DNA of 64,000 nt from Flaccisagitta enflata (taxonomy: Eukaryota). The stretch spans positions 35,030,001-35,094,000 of the forward strand of contig OZ231126.1 in the NCBI GenBank assembly GCA_965153355.1, in the 5' to 3' direction. The notes beneath the pieces were generated by a model. It was given only the letters and a program-made list of their open reading frames with translations, was not told the origin of the DNA and made no database searches. Position 1 is the stretch's first letter. Each line of letters starts with the position of its first letter. Below, in pieces: positions 27,363-39,546 of the stretch. A program made the position numbers and the translations under genes.

Positions 27363-27775
27363 AGGCTTTTCTGTGGCAATTGCGATCCTACTACTGCTCA
27401 AAACTCAGTCCGGCCTAAAACTCATGTATATTGGCCAACGCTGCCCACCTATTATGACCCCATATTCAGATTACCCACTCCCTCTCGGGGTTCACCACAA
27501 AGTCAAAATGTCAATCAACATTCAAGACAGATTGACTCAGACTCACCAACCCTTTTGCGCGCAGCTGGAGTGAGTCACACACCGTCATACATCCAACCCA
27601 CTTCGTTTCATCCTACTCCGGTTAAGGTGCAGATAAGCCATGAATTATTTGTGCCATCAAAATTAGGGATGGCTGTGTTGGCTCAGTCAAACAATCAGGG
27701 TCAGTCTGAAGACTCTCCTACCGTCATTGGCCTTGAAAATGACATCAAGGAGGCAATAGAAATTTCCACAGAAAA

Positions 27776-28557
27776 TGAAGCCGAGGCCAACTCAGAGGCC
27801 CAGGCCAACTCAGAAGCCAAGGCCAACTCAGAAGCCAAGGCCAACTCAGAAGCCAAGGCCAACTCAGAAGCCAAGGCCAACTCAGAAGCCGAGGCCAACT
27901 CAGAAGCCGAGGCCAACTCAGAAGCCGAGGCCAACTCAGAAGCCGAGGCCAACTCAGAAGCCGAGGCCAACTCAGAAGCCGAGGCCAACTCAGAAGCCGA
28001 GGCCAACTCAGAAGCCGAGGCCAACTCAGAAGCCGAGGCCAATTCAGAAGCCGAGGCCAACTCAGAAGCCGAGGCCAACTCAGAGGCCGAGGCCAACTCA
28101 GAAGCCGAGGCCAACTCAGAAGCCGAGGCCAACTCAGAGGCCGAGGCCAACTCAGAAGCCGAGGCCAACTCAGAAGCCGAGGCCAACTCAGAAGCCGAGG
28201 CCAACTCAGAAGCCGAGGCCAACTCAGAAGCCGAGGCCAACTCAGAAGCCAAGGCCAACTTAGAAGCCGAGGCCAACTCAGAAGCCAAGGCCAACTCAGA
28301 AGCCGAGGCCAACTCAGAAGCTGAGGCCAACTCAGAAGCTGAGGCCAACTCAGAAGCCGAGGCCAACTCAGAAGCCAAGGCCAACTCAGAAGCTAAGGCC
28401 AACTCAGAAGCCGAGGCCAACTCAGAAGCCGAGGCCAATTCAGAAGCCGAGGCCAACTCAGAAGCCAAGGCCAACTCAGGAGCCAAGGCCAACTCAGAAG
28501 CCAAGGCCAACTCAGAAGCCGAGGCCAACTCAGAAGCCGAGGCCAACTCAGAAGCCA
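27776..28557 (+). repeat. 18-bp minisatellite (GAAGCCGAGGCCAACTCA), ~43 copies
   Basis: Near-perfect tandem array; open in frame as EAEANS/EAKANS. Confidence 0.97.
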
Positions 28558-30971
28558 TTTAGTCCATTTTTAAGCGAACTTCAGTCTTAGTATCAGACTC
28601 ACTTGTGCATTCACATTTAGAAATGAGGACAATTTGTAAATATTGTGCATTATTTTCATTTCTCTTTGAAATCAATGCTCTTATTTTTTGAAACATGATC
28701 TTTGCGTGACTCTACAAGCGGGTCAAATTCCCTAACAACAAATATGATATTTGCGTGACTCTACAAGCGGATCACGCTTCCTTACAACAAACTTAGTCAC
28801 TCAGACGACCAAGTTTACTGTTGTGCAACCGTGTGCAAACCCATTGCTAGTTTCATTTTAAAGGCCCACAATGCCTGCAAGAAAAACGAAATAAGTGATA
28901 GGAGTCCATCATTTGAAAATTAATCCACTCATGTCTCTAGAAGCTACACTATACAGCATGGTTAACCGGAAAATCAAACATATGGTTTTGCTCGCTAATG
29001 TGAACAATTCAATTCTACTTGCTTAATTCTAGATGTAGGTTATGCTTGTAGAGCTTCAGAATTTTGAACCTTGGGATCCCAAAAAACTTCAGACCTAACC
29101 TCAGAACCTCAGAACCTCTCCCACTCAGTTAAGTATGGTATGAAATCCTGAAGCCGCAGAGGCGAGTTGGAAACAACGTTGGATACTGTGCCCTAATGTT
29201 TAGAAGGGAAACATTGTAACATCCTCTCCCACATACCTTAAGTATGGTATGAAATCCTGAAGCCGCAGAGGCGAGTCGGACGCGACGCTGGACACTGAGC
29301 CTTTGAGCTCAGAAGGGAACAACAGAAGCAAAACAGAACCAAAACTTTGTAAGTGAAAATAAGTGGCAGTGCACTAGCTCCTCTGTAATTTGGGCGAGTT
29401 CCACTAGTTTTCACTCTCGAGGTATCTTCATTGTAAATATCATCATTCAGTTATCTTCACCTTTATTGATTTTGAGAATTTAATCATTTACCATCCCCAA
29501 CATAGACAATGAAATGATAAGATGAATTTATCTGGTAATTTTAGATTCAAATGACACGTCATAAAATGTCTAAAAGAGACAAGAAAAAACAAACGAATCA
29601 GAACATATGAAAGAACAAAAAGAACAAGAAAATACAAACGAATCAGAACAAAGAAAACGAACCCAAGTCAGAACAGAAAGAAACAGAACGAGACAAAACA
29701 GAAGAAAACATTGAAGAACCAGACTTGCTAGAAATCAAAATAAAAGAAGAAGAATGTGAAACATTAGATTTAGAAGAAGAGTTAGGGATTGACAGGGACC
29801 TTTCCTCTCAACCCGTACAGAACAAATCGTCACGGTTCCCGAGGAAGGAGAACGTTACGGCATGTGGTACGACGGAGTCTACCACAAACTCTATCGCCAA
29901 ACCTGGATTGACCAACACAAAGCGGCATTTTGGGACAGCTACATAAATGACAGTTGATTGCTCAACCACCTCTGAATCATTGCACTGATTGATGTTTTCG
30001 CGAGACAGAAATTGGTGACAGTGGCGAGGAGGGTGATTTGGCGCTAGTAAAGCTGATGACATGTGTGGACGGAAGTCGCAAGCCTGAAACTCATCTTCTA
30101 TGTGATATTGGCTTCCAAGTCTTCAAGCATCAACAAATTTGAACATTTAGTAACTTTTGTCAGTGACATCATCACCGAGAATTAAGCCAATGGTGAGCGG
30201 CAGTCTCATCTCGCTTTGAAGTTGGAGGAGTCCCGCGAACCAGATGGTAACAACACTAACAACGAGACAACATTAACAACAAGCGACAACTTCAACAGTA
30301 ACATCAACAAAGACAACGAGGGCGAAGAAGGACAACAACAATCTAACAACAACGATGGCGGGAAGACTAGGACAATAATTCATCGACGTCAAAGAACAAT
30401 TCTCGGCGGAATCGACTCCTCAATCCACTTTCTTTCGACAAACGGACAATTTCAGCGGATCGATCCAATCTGCATTCATTCGGCAAACGGACTCTCTAGC
30501 GGGTTAAAACAATCCGCGTTCCATCGAATTTGAGCAATTTCATCGCTATTAGACTCTTCATTCGAAGTGCTTACTGCAAACTAACTCTTTTAGACTACTC
30601 TTGACTAACGATCTAGCGCTTTCGGTCATCTATCATCGACAATTTGAAACTTGCAGTTCCGGCAAGATTCGAAAGATACAGATTCTCCCACCCCCCCACC
30701 CGCGCATACCAGAAACTAACTTAACACCTGAGACAACTAGCATAGAAACTTTATGTAGCATGCGCACATTTTAATTGAATTTAATTATACGAGGCAGAGC
30801 ACAAGCGCTCTTAGAAGACGACGAAAGCATTCATTTTCATGATTTCACTACAGTGTGTTATACTTCAAATGTTACTCAAAAAATTGGACAAGACCAGGCT
30901 TCAAGACTAGTTTAGTTTTTTCCTCAAATTGGTATATTTGGTATATGATTTTGACTCAAAAACGGGGGGAG

Positions 30972-31578
30972 TGTCACGAAGCATGGTCTTGCACCAATTT
31001 TGTCTATTCTTATGGATTATTTGGTTTGTATTTAGGCCTTAGATTTTGATTTATTGATTGATATTTTCGGTTATATTTAGATATTTTACTTAGATTTGAT
31101 CGTTTTATTTAGACTGGTTTTTATCGTTTGCATTTATTACAGGTTTGAATTATTCTGATTTCATTTATTGAAATCGCTTAAATTTATTGATTGATTTATT
31201 GCCTCGATTATTCATTAATTTCATGCATTTATTGATTTGTCCGTCTGATTTGTCCTTATTTCTGTCCAAATTGTTTATGTTTATCCGTATGATCTTTTCT
31301 TCCCTTGCATTTCGTTTCTGTCATGAATCTCCTGCGTTTTTTGTTATTTGAGATATTTTAAACCGAATTCGTAGCGCCCTCAATTGACCATTATTTGCAT
31401 TTTTTACTGGCTGACGCAATCGAGCTTCGAAGGGGAATTGAAGATTCCTTGATATTCTATCGCCTTCTAGGACTTTTCGTTGCTTAGATACCGCCATTTT
31501 GCCGGCAATAATTCCTACGGACTCTAGAAAGACGCTTCAAATTGCTAAAAACTATGTTTCTGTATACACCAGAATACA
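30972..31578 (+). repeat. 3' LTR (607 bp, internally deleted)
   Basis: TGTCACGAAGCATGG...CACCAGAATACA, followed by TSD GGTAT. Confidence 0.9.
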
Positions 31579-31727
31579 GGTATGGCTCCAAAACCTTAAA
31601 CAACATAGTAGACCTTTAGGTGCATTATGTGGTAAAATGTTTGATTATGAATCCTAGCCGTTTGGCAGATATGGCTTCCCCAGAGTTATACAGTTCTTTG
31701 ATACTCGTACTGTATTTAAACCATAAT

Positions 31728-32438
31728 CAGGCCTTTTTTTAGTGATTTTTTTGGCAGAGCATTCCGGGCTCTCTCCTCATATTTTCAAGGAGCCCGGCAA
31801 AAAAATAGAGAGCCCAGTAAAATAAGCCCAAAACAGGGCATAAGGTTGGGCAGGGGCAATACTACAGTGCAACAAAACTAAACTACAATAATGCTTCACG
31901 CCTACATACCTTGCAATGACCTAAAACGTTGAAAAAAAGAAGACTATTTCAAAAATGTTTTGGACCAACATAGCAGGGTGTAGTCTTGTGTCCGCGACTA
32001 AAAATGCTGATTTGAAAATGAGCCCGTATACCTGATCACCATATTTTTTCATCTTTTCAGGCAGCAAAAAAATCATTCGCAAGAATGCAACTACACAATG
32101 AAAGAAAGTTTCTTTCAGTATCAACAATGTCATACAGAAAGGGTAATTTCAACCATAGTATCAATGTTTTCAGCGTTCCTATCAAAAATGCCAAATTCAT
32201 TAGTCATGCAATCAAAAGTTACACAGGGTTCACAAAATGCATACTACTATAAAAATCTCTGCTGCATGACGACCCATTTTTTTTTAAATCCACAATTTAG
32301 ATTTAGCAGATGCGCTAGAGTAGAAAATATCCAGCTAAAATTGAGAGAGCAAACCCGGCTCTCTGCCAGTAAATTTTGTGTGCTCGGGAGCAAAATAGAG
32401 AGCATCGGGTTCCCAGGCACGCTCTAAAAAAAGGCCTG
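31728..32438. mobile_element. hAT-like MITE
   Basis: TIR CAGGCCTTTTTTT/AAAAAAAGGCCTG and perfect 8-bp TSD ACCATAAT. Confidence 0.85.
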
Positions 32439-33136
32439 ACCATAATATAAGTTGATTTGTCCATATTTTTATATCTAAACAAGTATTTAGCCCAAGTGAA
32501 CAACGACTTTTGCTCTAGGTTGTAAGCACAGAATTTTCAGCTATAAACGCATAACATGAATAAAAGAAATGGATAAGTGAATGAGGGACTGTCATAACTT
32601 GCAGTAAGTGGACAATGCTCGGGTCCACGTAAAACATGGGGCGCTTTCAATTTCTAAATGTAAACTTTTATCATAAATTCTTCAACAATCAAGAAGCCAG
32701 AAATTGTTTCAAATCCTCTGCCACTGCCGCTGTTGCTGCTGCTGCAAATAATTCCCATGTTTATGTGTTTTTTGTGTTTTTTTGCTTTGTTTCAAAAGAT
32801 GGCCGCTAAAGAACAATATTTGCCAGTAATTTCTTTGTTGATAATCACTAACACAAAAAAAGGCAAAAGCGCCCAAGGAACATCAATATGATAAGGTTAA
32901 TTTGACATCCACACTGAAAGTAAGACAGCTCATGATCTCTTGATGAACATAAAACGCAAGGGCAGGGATGCCTACTTAATGATATTGAGGCTAATTCCAC
33001 CTACAAATAGGAAAAACATTTTTTCCACCATTTCAGAATATAAAATTAAAGGAACAAAATTTTTCTCAAAATCAATTCAGATCAGATTAATAGTACATTT
33101 GCATGAATATTGACACACCCAAATGTCACAGCCTGA

Positions 33137-33969
33137 AACAAGTCATCCAAGGATCGCACATGGTCAGCGGTACCCGATGCCCTGCTTGGAGTGATTAGCT
33201 GAAGAAGTGGAGTGAGAGCAGGGCAGCGGCCCCAAAGGGCCGATGTCCTGTAGGACACAGGGGTGAATTTCCATACATCCTGAGAGGGCATATTTGGGGT
33301 AATTTTCCGTGATATTCATTGAGAATTTTGCATTTTTTTCAATTTTTTGTCAATTTGCCATGTTATTCAATAGGAGTTTGAGGCATGAGAGGCTGGGTTT
33401 AAGGCCCAAGAGGCTGGATTTGAGGTCCAAGAGGCTGGATTTGAGGCTTGAGAGGTGGGATTTGAGGCCTGTGAGGCTGGATTTGAGGCCTGAAAGGCTG
33501 GATTTGAGGCCTGAAAGGCTGGATTTGAGGCCTGAAAGGCTGGATTTGAGGCCTGAGAGGCCAGATTTGAGGCCTGAGAGGCCAGATTTGAGGCCTGAGA
33601 GGCTGGATTTGAGGCCTGAGAGGCTGGGTTTGAGGCCTGAGAGGCCAGATTTGAGGCCTGAGAGGCCAGATTTGAGGCCTGAGAGGCCAGATTTGAGGCC
33701 TGAGAGGCTGGATTTGAGGCCTGAGAGGCTGGATTTGAGGCCTGAAAGGCTAGATTTGAGGCCTGAGAGGCCAGATTTGAGGCCTGAGAGGCCAGATTTG
33801 AGAACTGAAAGGATGGATTTAAGGCCTGAGAGGCTGGATTTGAGGCCTTAGAGGCTTGAGAAGCTTCAGAGGGGGGGGACGTACGTACGTACGGACGGAC
33901 GGACGGACGTAAGGAAATTCACCCCTGTGTCCTACAGGACATCGGCCCTTTGGGGCCGCTGCCCAAAAA
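33137..33969 (-). mobile_element. HINE-like family B with 21-bp satellite (GATTTGAGGCCTGAGAGGCTG)
   Basis: Same ends as 3406-3898 in reverse; ~22 tandem units at 33377-33850. Confidence 0.75.
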
Positions 33970-34004
33970 GGGATAGTGAATTCACAGCTCAACATTTTTT
34001 TTGC

Positions 34005-34661
34005 TTTTTGGGCAGCGGCCCCGAAGGGGACGAAGTCCTGTAGAACACAGGGGGACTTTCGTTCGTTCGTTAGTTCGTTAGTTCGTTAGTTCGTCCCCCC
34101 CTTATCAGGCCCCTCAGGCCTAAGATCTGGCCTCTCAGGCCTCAAATATGGCATCTCAGGCCTCAAATCCAGCCTCTTAGGCCTCTCAGGTATCAAATCC
34201 AGCCTCTCAGGCCTCAAATCCAGCCTCTCTCACCTCTAATCCAGCCTCTCAGGCCTCAAATCTAGCCTCTCAGGCCTCAAATCCGGCCTCTCAGGCCTCA
34301 AACCTGGCCTTTCAGACCTCAAATTAGGCCTCGCAAGCCTCGAATTGAAATTACCATGCCTCAAACCTGTCCTCTCATGCCTCAAATTAGGCCTCAAGTT
34401 AGTCCTATCAAGCTTCCAATTGGCATTCTCAGGCCTTACATCAGCCTTCTTAGACCTCAATGTAAGCTCTTAAAGGCCTTCAGTCAACCCTCTATGTAGC
34501 ATCTCATCCACAAAAGGCAGGACAAACGAAAGTCCCCCTGTGTTCTACAGGACTTCGTCCCCTTCGGGGCCGCTGCCCTGCTTCCCCTCACTCCAACTCA
34601 CAATCACTCAAAGCAGGGCAAAGGGTATCGCTGACCATATATTGCCCTTGGGCGACCTGTT
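34005..34661 (+). mobile_element. HINE-like family B variant with 21-bp satellite
   Basis: TTTTTGGGCAGCGGCCCCGAAGGGGACGAAGTCCTGTAGAACACAGGGGG sub-TIRs; 3' GGTATCGCTGACC...GACCTGTT. Confidence 0.72.
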
Positions 34662-34706
34662 GAAGGCTAATTTGACCATGTGAAAGAGCTTGAAATTTAG
34701 ATTCTA

Positions 34707-35763
34707 CAGTTAAATCCCGCTCTAATGGATGTCAAGGGACTAACAAGTTTTATCTGTTTAAGGCAGAATTCTGTTTATTGGCCTTGAATCTGCCCTCTCA
34801 GGCCTTGAATCTGCCCTCTCAGGCCTGAAATCTGCCTTCTCAGGCCTGAAACCTGTCCTCCCAGGCCTTAAATCTCCTTAAATCTCCCCTGCAGATTCCA
34901 GGCCCGAGAGGGCAGATTTCAAGCCTGAGAGGGCAGATTTCAGGCCTCAGAGGGCAGATTTCAGGGCCTGAGGGGGGACAGACAGACGGATGGAAGAACA
35001 AATGAACGGACGAACAAAAGTCCCCCTGTGTTCTACAGGACTTTGTCCCCTTCGGGGCCGCTGCCCTGCTTCCTCTCATTCTGATTTACAACCATGCAAA
35101 GCAGGGCAACGGGTATCGCTGATCACATATTGCCTTTGGGCGACCTGTTTTTTTTTGTGGCGTTTTAGGGCGTCATCACACACAAAAAATGAAAACAGAA
35201 CTCTGTTAAAACTTTGGTTTTTTACATGATCTAAATTTTAAAAAATGCATCTAGGGGATAGTGATAGCAAAAATCAATGAAATAAGACCATGCTACATTA
35301 CAATTTGACTATGTAGTTCTCTTGCGCTGCCTAGAGATCAAATTCTGATGCAGCTAAACCCTGCTACACCAGCAAGCATACAAATTGTGGCGAAGCAAGA
35401 AGCGGTGCTTCTTGGAAATGTTAGAAATATCCTTGATATTCTTATATAGAAAACCCATACGCCTCCCATATGCTTCTCGGAAGTTTGGAAGAATTTTAAC
35501 CCCTGTTTACCAGATCCTAGAACAATGGAAATCCCCCTATAACGAGTGCTGAGAGAAAGTCCCTGCCATTTTTCTTTACTTTCTTTGTTACATAACTCTA
35601 CTGTGACCGGATCCAACGTTAACGGAAAATCCTCAAATAACAGATGGACTGGCCAGTCTGCAGACCTGTAATCTTCCGCAAATAACAGATGGCGGCCACC
35701 AAAAGACAAAAGTAGTGCAAAATCATCAACGGGGAGGGGAGAGAGGTCATTAGTTAAATCAGG

Positions 35764-35843
<80 letters not shown>

Positions 35844-36532
35844 CACAGACAGACACACAGGCAGGCAGACAGAGACCCTTACATAATATAGCCATTTTGA
35901 GGGCGCTACAATCGTTAACTGATTTTGGACTCCTTTTGACTCGTTTTTCCATCGCCAGGAGGGTTTAATAAACAGGGACTCAAAATGTTGAGTCATAAAA
36001 AAAACCATCTCAAGACCATGGGGATCACAAAATCACAAATGGGCAGGGGCATTCAACCCCCAGCCTCACCCCACTCCCACCTCAAACCCCCCCCACACAC
36101 ACACTCACCCACACAAAAACATTTGCTATCTGAAATGCGTGCTTTTTGGACTGATGGACCAACAGACCAATGGACAGACAAAGCCTGAAATTGTGTGTCT
36201 CGGACTAAAAAAGGGAAAATCTTGATTTTAAGGCACACTTGCTTGATTTAAGATGGCCTAAGATTGTTCATTGGTCTGTTCATCCCTTTTATGGTCCTTT
36301 TTTGAAACGGCGCATTTTAAATGATATGTGTTGAGGGAAAGGGGTGGGCAGTTGTGGGCCCCTGCACACCTGTCTGCATTAGTTGTTAACAAAATCCTTG
36401 CGTTTTCAAAATGCCTTTTATTTGACTGCAGAATATAGCAAAAAAGATATGTTGTTTTAGCAGTAATGCAATCCGGCAATAATGTATAAAATTTGTTGGT
36501 CCCTTGAGAACCGTTATAGCGGGATTTAACTG
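34707..36532. mobile_element. pogo/Tigger-like TIR pair (one expanded element or two fragments)
   Basis: TA|CAGTTAAATCCCGCT at 34707 and AGCGGGATTTAACTG|TA at 36532. Confidence 0.45.
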
Positions 36533-36802
36533 TATTACATTTTTGCTGGCATCACTTAAACGTTCCGGCGCTGGCGGGTCCGCTAGGGTGGGGTTCAACT
36601 GTGCCTTGAAAATATGAAGTCCTTATTACCCATGCGTTTGGGCACAATTAAGTTATACATTTTGTTTGTACTGAATCGTGTACAGAATTCATATGACGGC
36701 AATACATCCCAGCTGTCTGTGATGACAGTGTGAGTGCCATTTTGTCAGTAATATCAAACAATTTTACCTTGCCTACTGCTTTCAGTCTATCACTGAACCT
36801 AC

Positions 36803-36929
36803 CGTGATTTCCTTGTCATCTTTGAAAGCTTTTGATATAGCATTGACCATTAGTGTCAATGAAGCTGGTAAAGCATGGAGGATCAAATCGTTATGGTAGA
36901 TTGTGGCCATTGTCCCAATGTCTTTGTAC
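36803..36929 (-). CDS. ABCA-subfamily transporter exon (YKDIGTMATIYHNDLILHALPASLTLMVNAISKAFKDDKEIT)
   Basis: TTTTAG|G TAC AAA ... ATC ACG|GTAGGT; 127 nt. Has the N-x4-HALP-x6-NA motif. Ends in IT and joins in phase to VYNHPL, giving the conserved ITVxNHPL. Confidence 0.88.
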
Positions 36930-37242
36930 CTAAAATATCAATGATAATTTTGTTACAGTAAAGCTCTGTAATTACATTATTATGTTGTCAAACTATTGAA
37001 ACATTACTCAACAAGGCCGGATACACGGCTACCCCAGTTGCGTGCAGGTGGGCAGGGGCTGTATTTGAGGTCTCTTCATCCTTTGGGCAGGAGCAGTGAG
37101 GCCAAAGACCACAAAAACCTTGAAAAAGTAAAGTGTGACAGATGGATGGACCAACGGATGGACCAACAGATGGACCAATGGATAGACCAATGGACCAATG
37201 GACCAACAAAGCGGGGTGTAGTGTCGTGTAGCTCGCAACTAA

Positions 37243-37589
37243 AACAAGGCCAACACCTATAAGTCGCGTGCGAGATTTACAGGGTAAAAATGACTTAGAA
37301 TGACTTAGAATGACTTAAATGACTTTAAATGTCCAAAAAGGACTTAAAATGACTAGAAAACCTAATGACCAAAAATGACCTAAAATAACTTAAAATGACT
37401 CGGAATAACTTAAAATGACTCAGAATGACTCAAAATGACTTAGAATAACTGTTAATGACTAAAAAAGACCTAAAATTACCTAAGAGTTGACGTTATATTA
37501 CAAAAAAAGTAAAGTGTGATGGACCGATGGACGGACGGACCGACGGACGGACAAAGCGGGGTGTAGAGTCGCGTGCACGCGACTAAAAA
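37243..37589 (-). mobile_element. HINE family A
   Basis: Reverse complement of 12861-13246, abutting a short family-A copy at ~37010-37243. Confidence 0.75.
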
Positions 37590-38534
37590 TACTGATTGCA
37601 GAGCATTCTGCTTGAAGAAAAGTGAAAGAAATATATCTGATAATTTTTTAACAGCTTCGTTGGTTTTGTCCATGGCTGCAAGAGGGCGAAACTTCCCTAT
37701 CAGAAAATGAAAAAAAACATGTTTCCCTTATTTTGATCAAAATATCAGTATCTGGCAAGCATCCATGGGCAATATTTAGCGTGTCAACAGGGGTCAAAAT
37801 AGAAAATTTTATGAGACAAAAAAACAAATCATGGAAATGATCAACATAAATATTTCATTGCAAAAATTGCATTAAGATTGGACAAAAGACCTAGTATAAT
37901 TTTCATTAGGATATTCACTATAAATGTTGAACCGTGACCCAATTGGCATCCATGCCCGCGCCATTAATCTGTTGCTATTTTATTCAGCCTCGACCGTGTA
38001 ACATTTTTAGCTTCATTTTGGCTCCGGTAGGGGGCGCCTCTAGTCATGTTTGTAGTCTCTGACAAATGCCCGTCTTTTCGCTTATTCTAAAAATATCTTG
38101 TTTATATTCAGTCTTCTCTCTGTCCTGCTGATGACAACATCTCATGATTTTACTCCGGTTTTGTGCCATTTTCATGCCCAGATTTGTGGAAAAAGGGGCC
38201 TAAGAGAAAGCATATAAGAACTGCCTAAACAAGTGGATTATTTATACCCTGAGGGCTAGAGACTTCAAAAAGACATATCAGCTTTCGCTTTGGTGGATAT
38301 TGTTTGTGGGTTATCCATCCATCCATCGCTTTTGTGGTCATCAGTGCATGCCTTGCCCCAGAGGCATTCTTGGAGATCTTCTGTGTTCCTGGATTCGGGG
38401 TAGGTCTACAGGCTTCTTCACTGTCCCAATGCCCCTGCCATTTGTGGGTTGTTTGTTCATGTTCTACATAAAATATTCAAAACATTTTTTGTCTTCTGAT
38501 GTGCAGAGGCGCTGATTGTGCAGCAGCACGCAGC

Positions 38535-38600
<66 letters not shown>

Positions 38601-38997
38601 CTAAAAATGTTCTTTTTCAAATGCAGGTTTTTAAGAAAAAAAGAGCATGGGCCTTCAGAAATTTGGCAAACTTCCGTAAAAATCGCAGACAGAGAAAAAG
38701 AGCTGATGATATTTTTGGCGCTACATTAATTCCTACTTGAATGTGTATGTCTACCTGCCTGTCTGTTGATACATCTGTCTATCAATCAAGCTCAAAAGCT
38801 AGTAAGATAGATAGATAAATGTATGAATACACTGATACATACCTAATTAGCGCCACTCCCCTAATTAGTATCCCCTTTTTTAGTCGCGGACACGCAACTT
38901 TACACCTTGCCGTGTCGGTCGGTCCGTCCGTCGGTCTGTCGGTCACATTTCTAAATTGCGATCGGTTTTCGCATTACTGCTCCTGCCAAACCGTCCG

Positions 38998-39546
38998 TAT
39001 CAAAGAGATACTGCGCCCGAGCCGCTCGGCGGTGAGAGGACGATAGCGATAATGACCGATCTCCAAAACAACTCCGTACATCGGATCATTATCGTCATTC
39101 ACCCTCTTACCGTACGAACAACAAATCAAGATACTCTCAATTCATTTAATAATCGTTCCAAAGGCATCTCCAACTTCGCTACAGATTCTCAGGTTAATAG
39201 ATCGCACTGACTGACATTATAGAAGGACAGAGGGAGGAGGAGGAGACGGAGGGAGGAGGAGAGGTAGGAGGAGAGGGGAGAGGGAGGAGGAGAGGTAGGA
39301 GGAGAGGGAAGAGGGAGGAGGAGAGGGAAGAGAAGGCGCGGGACGAAGACAGGACGAAGAAGAAGGACGAACGCGGGGTTAGGGCAGGGGCAGGGGGAAG
39401 TAGGGCTCGGGTCAATCATGATTCGCTCTATTCATTTCTCGTATTTCCTTTGTTCAGATTACAAGTACAGATATCCAGTATATCGGCCTGTTTCTCTAGA
39501 TCATAGCGCAGGAGCTCTGTCGACGAACGCCACCATCTCAGTGATA
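38998..39546 (+). repeat. 5' LTR (TATCAAAGAGAT...ATCTCAGTGATA)
   Basis: Direct repeat of 50628-51176, with 12-bp imperfect terminal inverted repeats. Confidence 0.95.

Larger units (their letters stand above)
26490..28562 (+). pseudogene. MITE-interrupted ORF of unknown function ending in (EAEANS)n
   Basis: Removing 26734-27366 (MITE plus one TSD) fuses ...VENLAR to LFCGNCD... in frame: 1440 nt, 479 codons plus stop. Confidence 0.5.
23125..31578 (+). mobile_element. Non-autonomous LTR element, 8.5 kb, no recognisable pol
   Basis: TG...CA termini and TSD GGTAT (23120-23124, 31579-31583). LTRs at 23125-23952 and 30972-31578; the 3' copy has a ~220-bp internal deletion and roughly 25 substitutions by eye. 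PPT AAAAACGGGGGGAG precedes the 3' LTR. Confidence 0.92.
19094..31712. mobile_element. Large TA-flanked TIR element (Tc1/mariner-type, non-autonomous) hosting nested insertions
   Basis: TA|CAGTACGAGTATCGAAGAACTGTATAACT...GCCAAACGGCTAGGA, with an inverted copy ending ...GATACTCGTACTG|TA. Further internal inverted homology (~20140-20420 vs 22910-23120 plus 31584-31660). No transposase ORF seen. Confidence 0.75.

Noticed and set aside
27701-28558. Antisense (ASELAS)n and +1 frame (QKPRPT)n ORFs
   Set aside because: Shadow frames of the 18-bp array; only the EAEANS frame connects to long unique upstream coding sequence.
29700-30540. Short ORFs as pol/env remnants of the 23125-31578 element
   Set aside because: No RT, RNase H, integrase or env motifs are recognisable by eye. 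A profile search would be needed to revive the idea.
33309-33851. 180-aa (LRPERLD)n ORF and similar ORFs at 34236 and 56160
   Set aside because: Translation of the 21-bp satellite inside HINE-like elements; related copies carry stops and frameshifts.
35338-35952. 204-aa minus-strand ORF
   Set aside because: It runs through a (CT)n microsatellite and has no recognisable domain. The flanking ABCA exons already join in phase without it.
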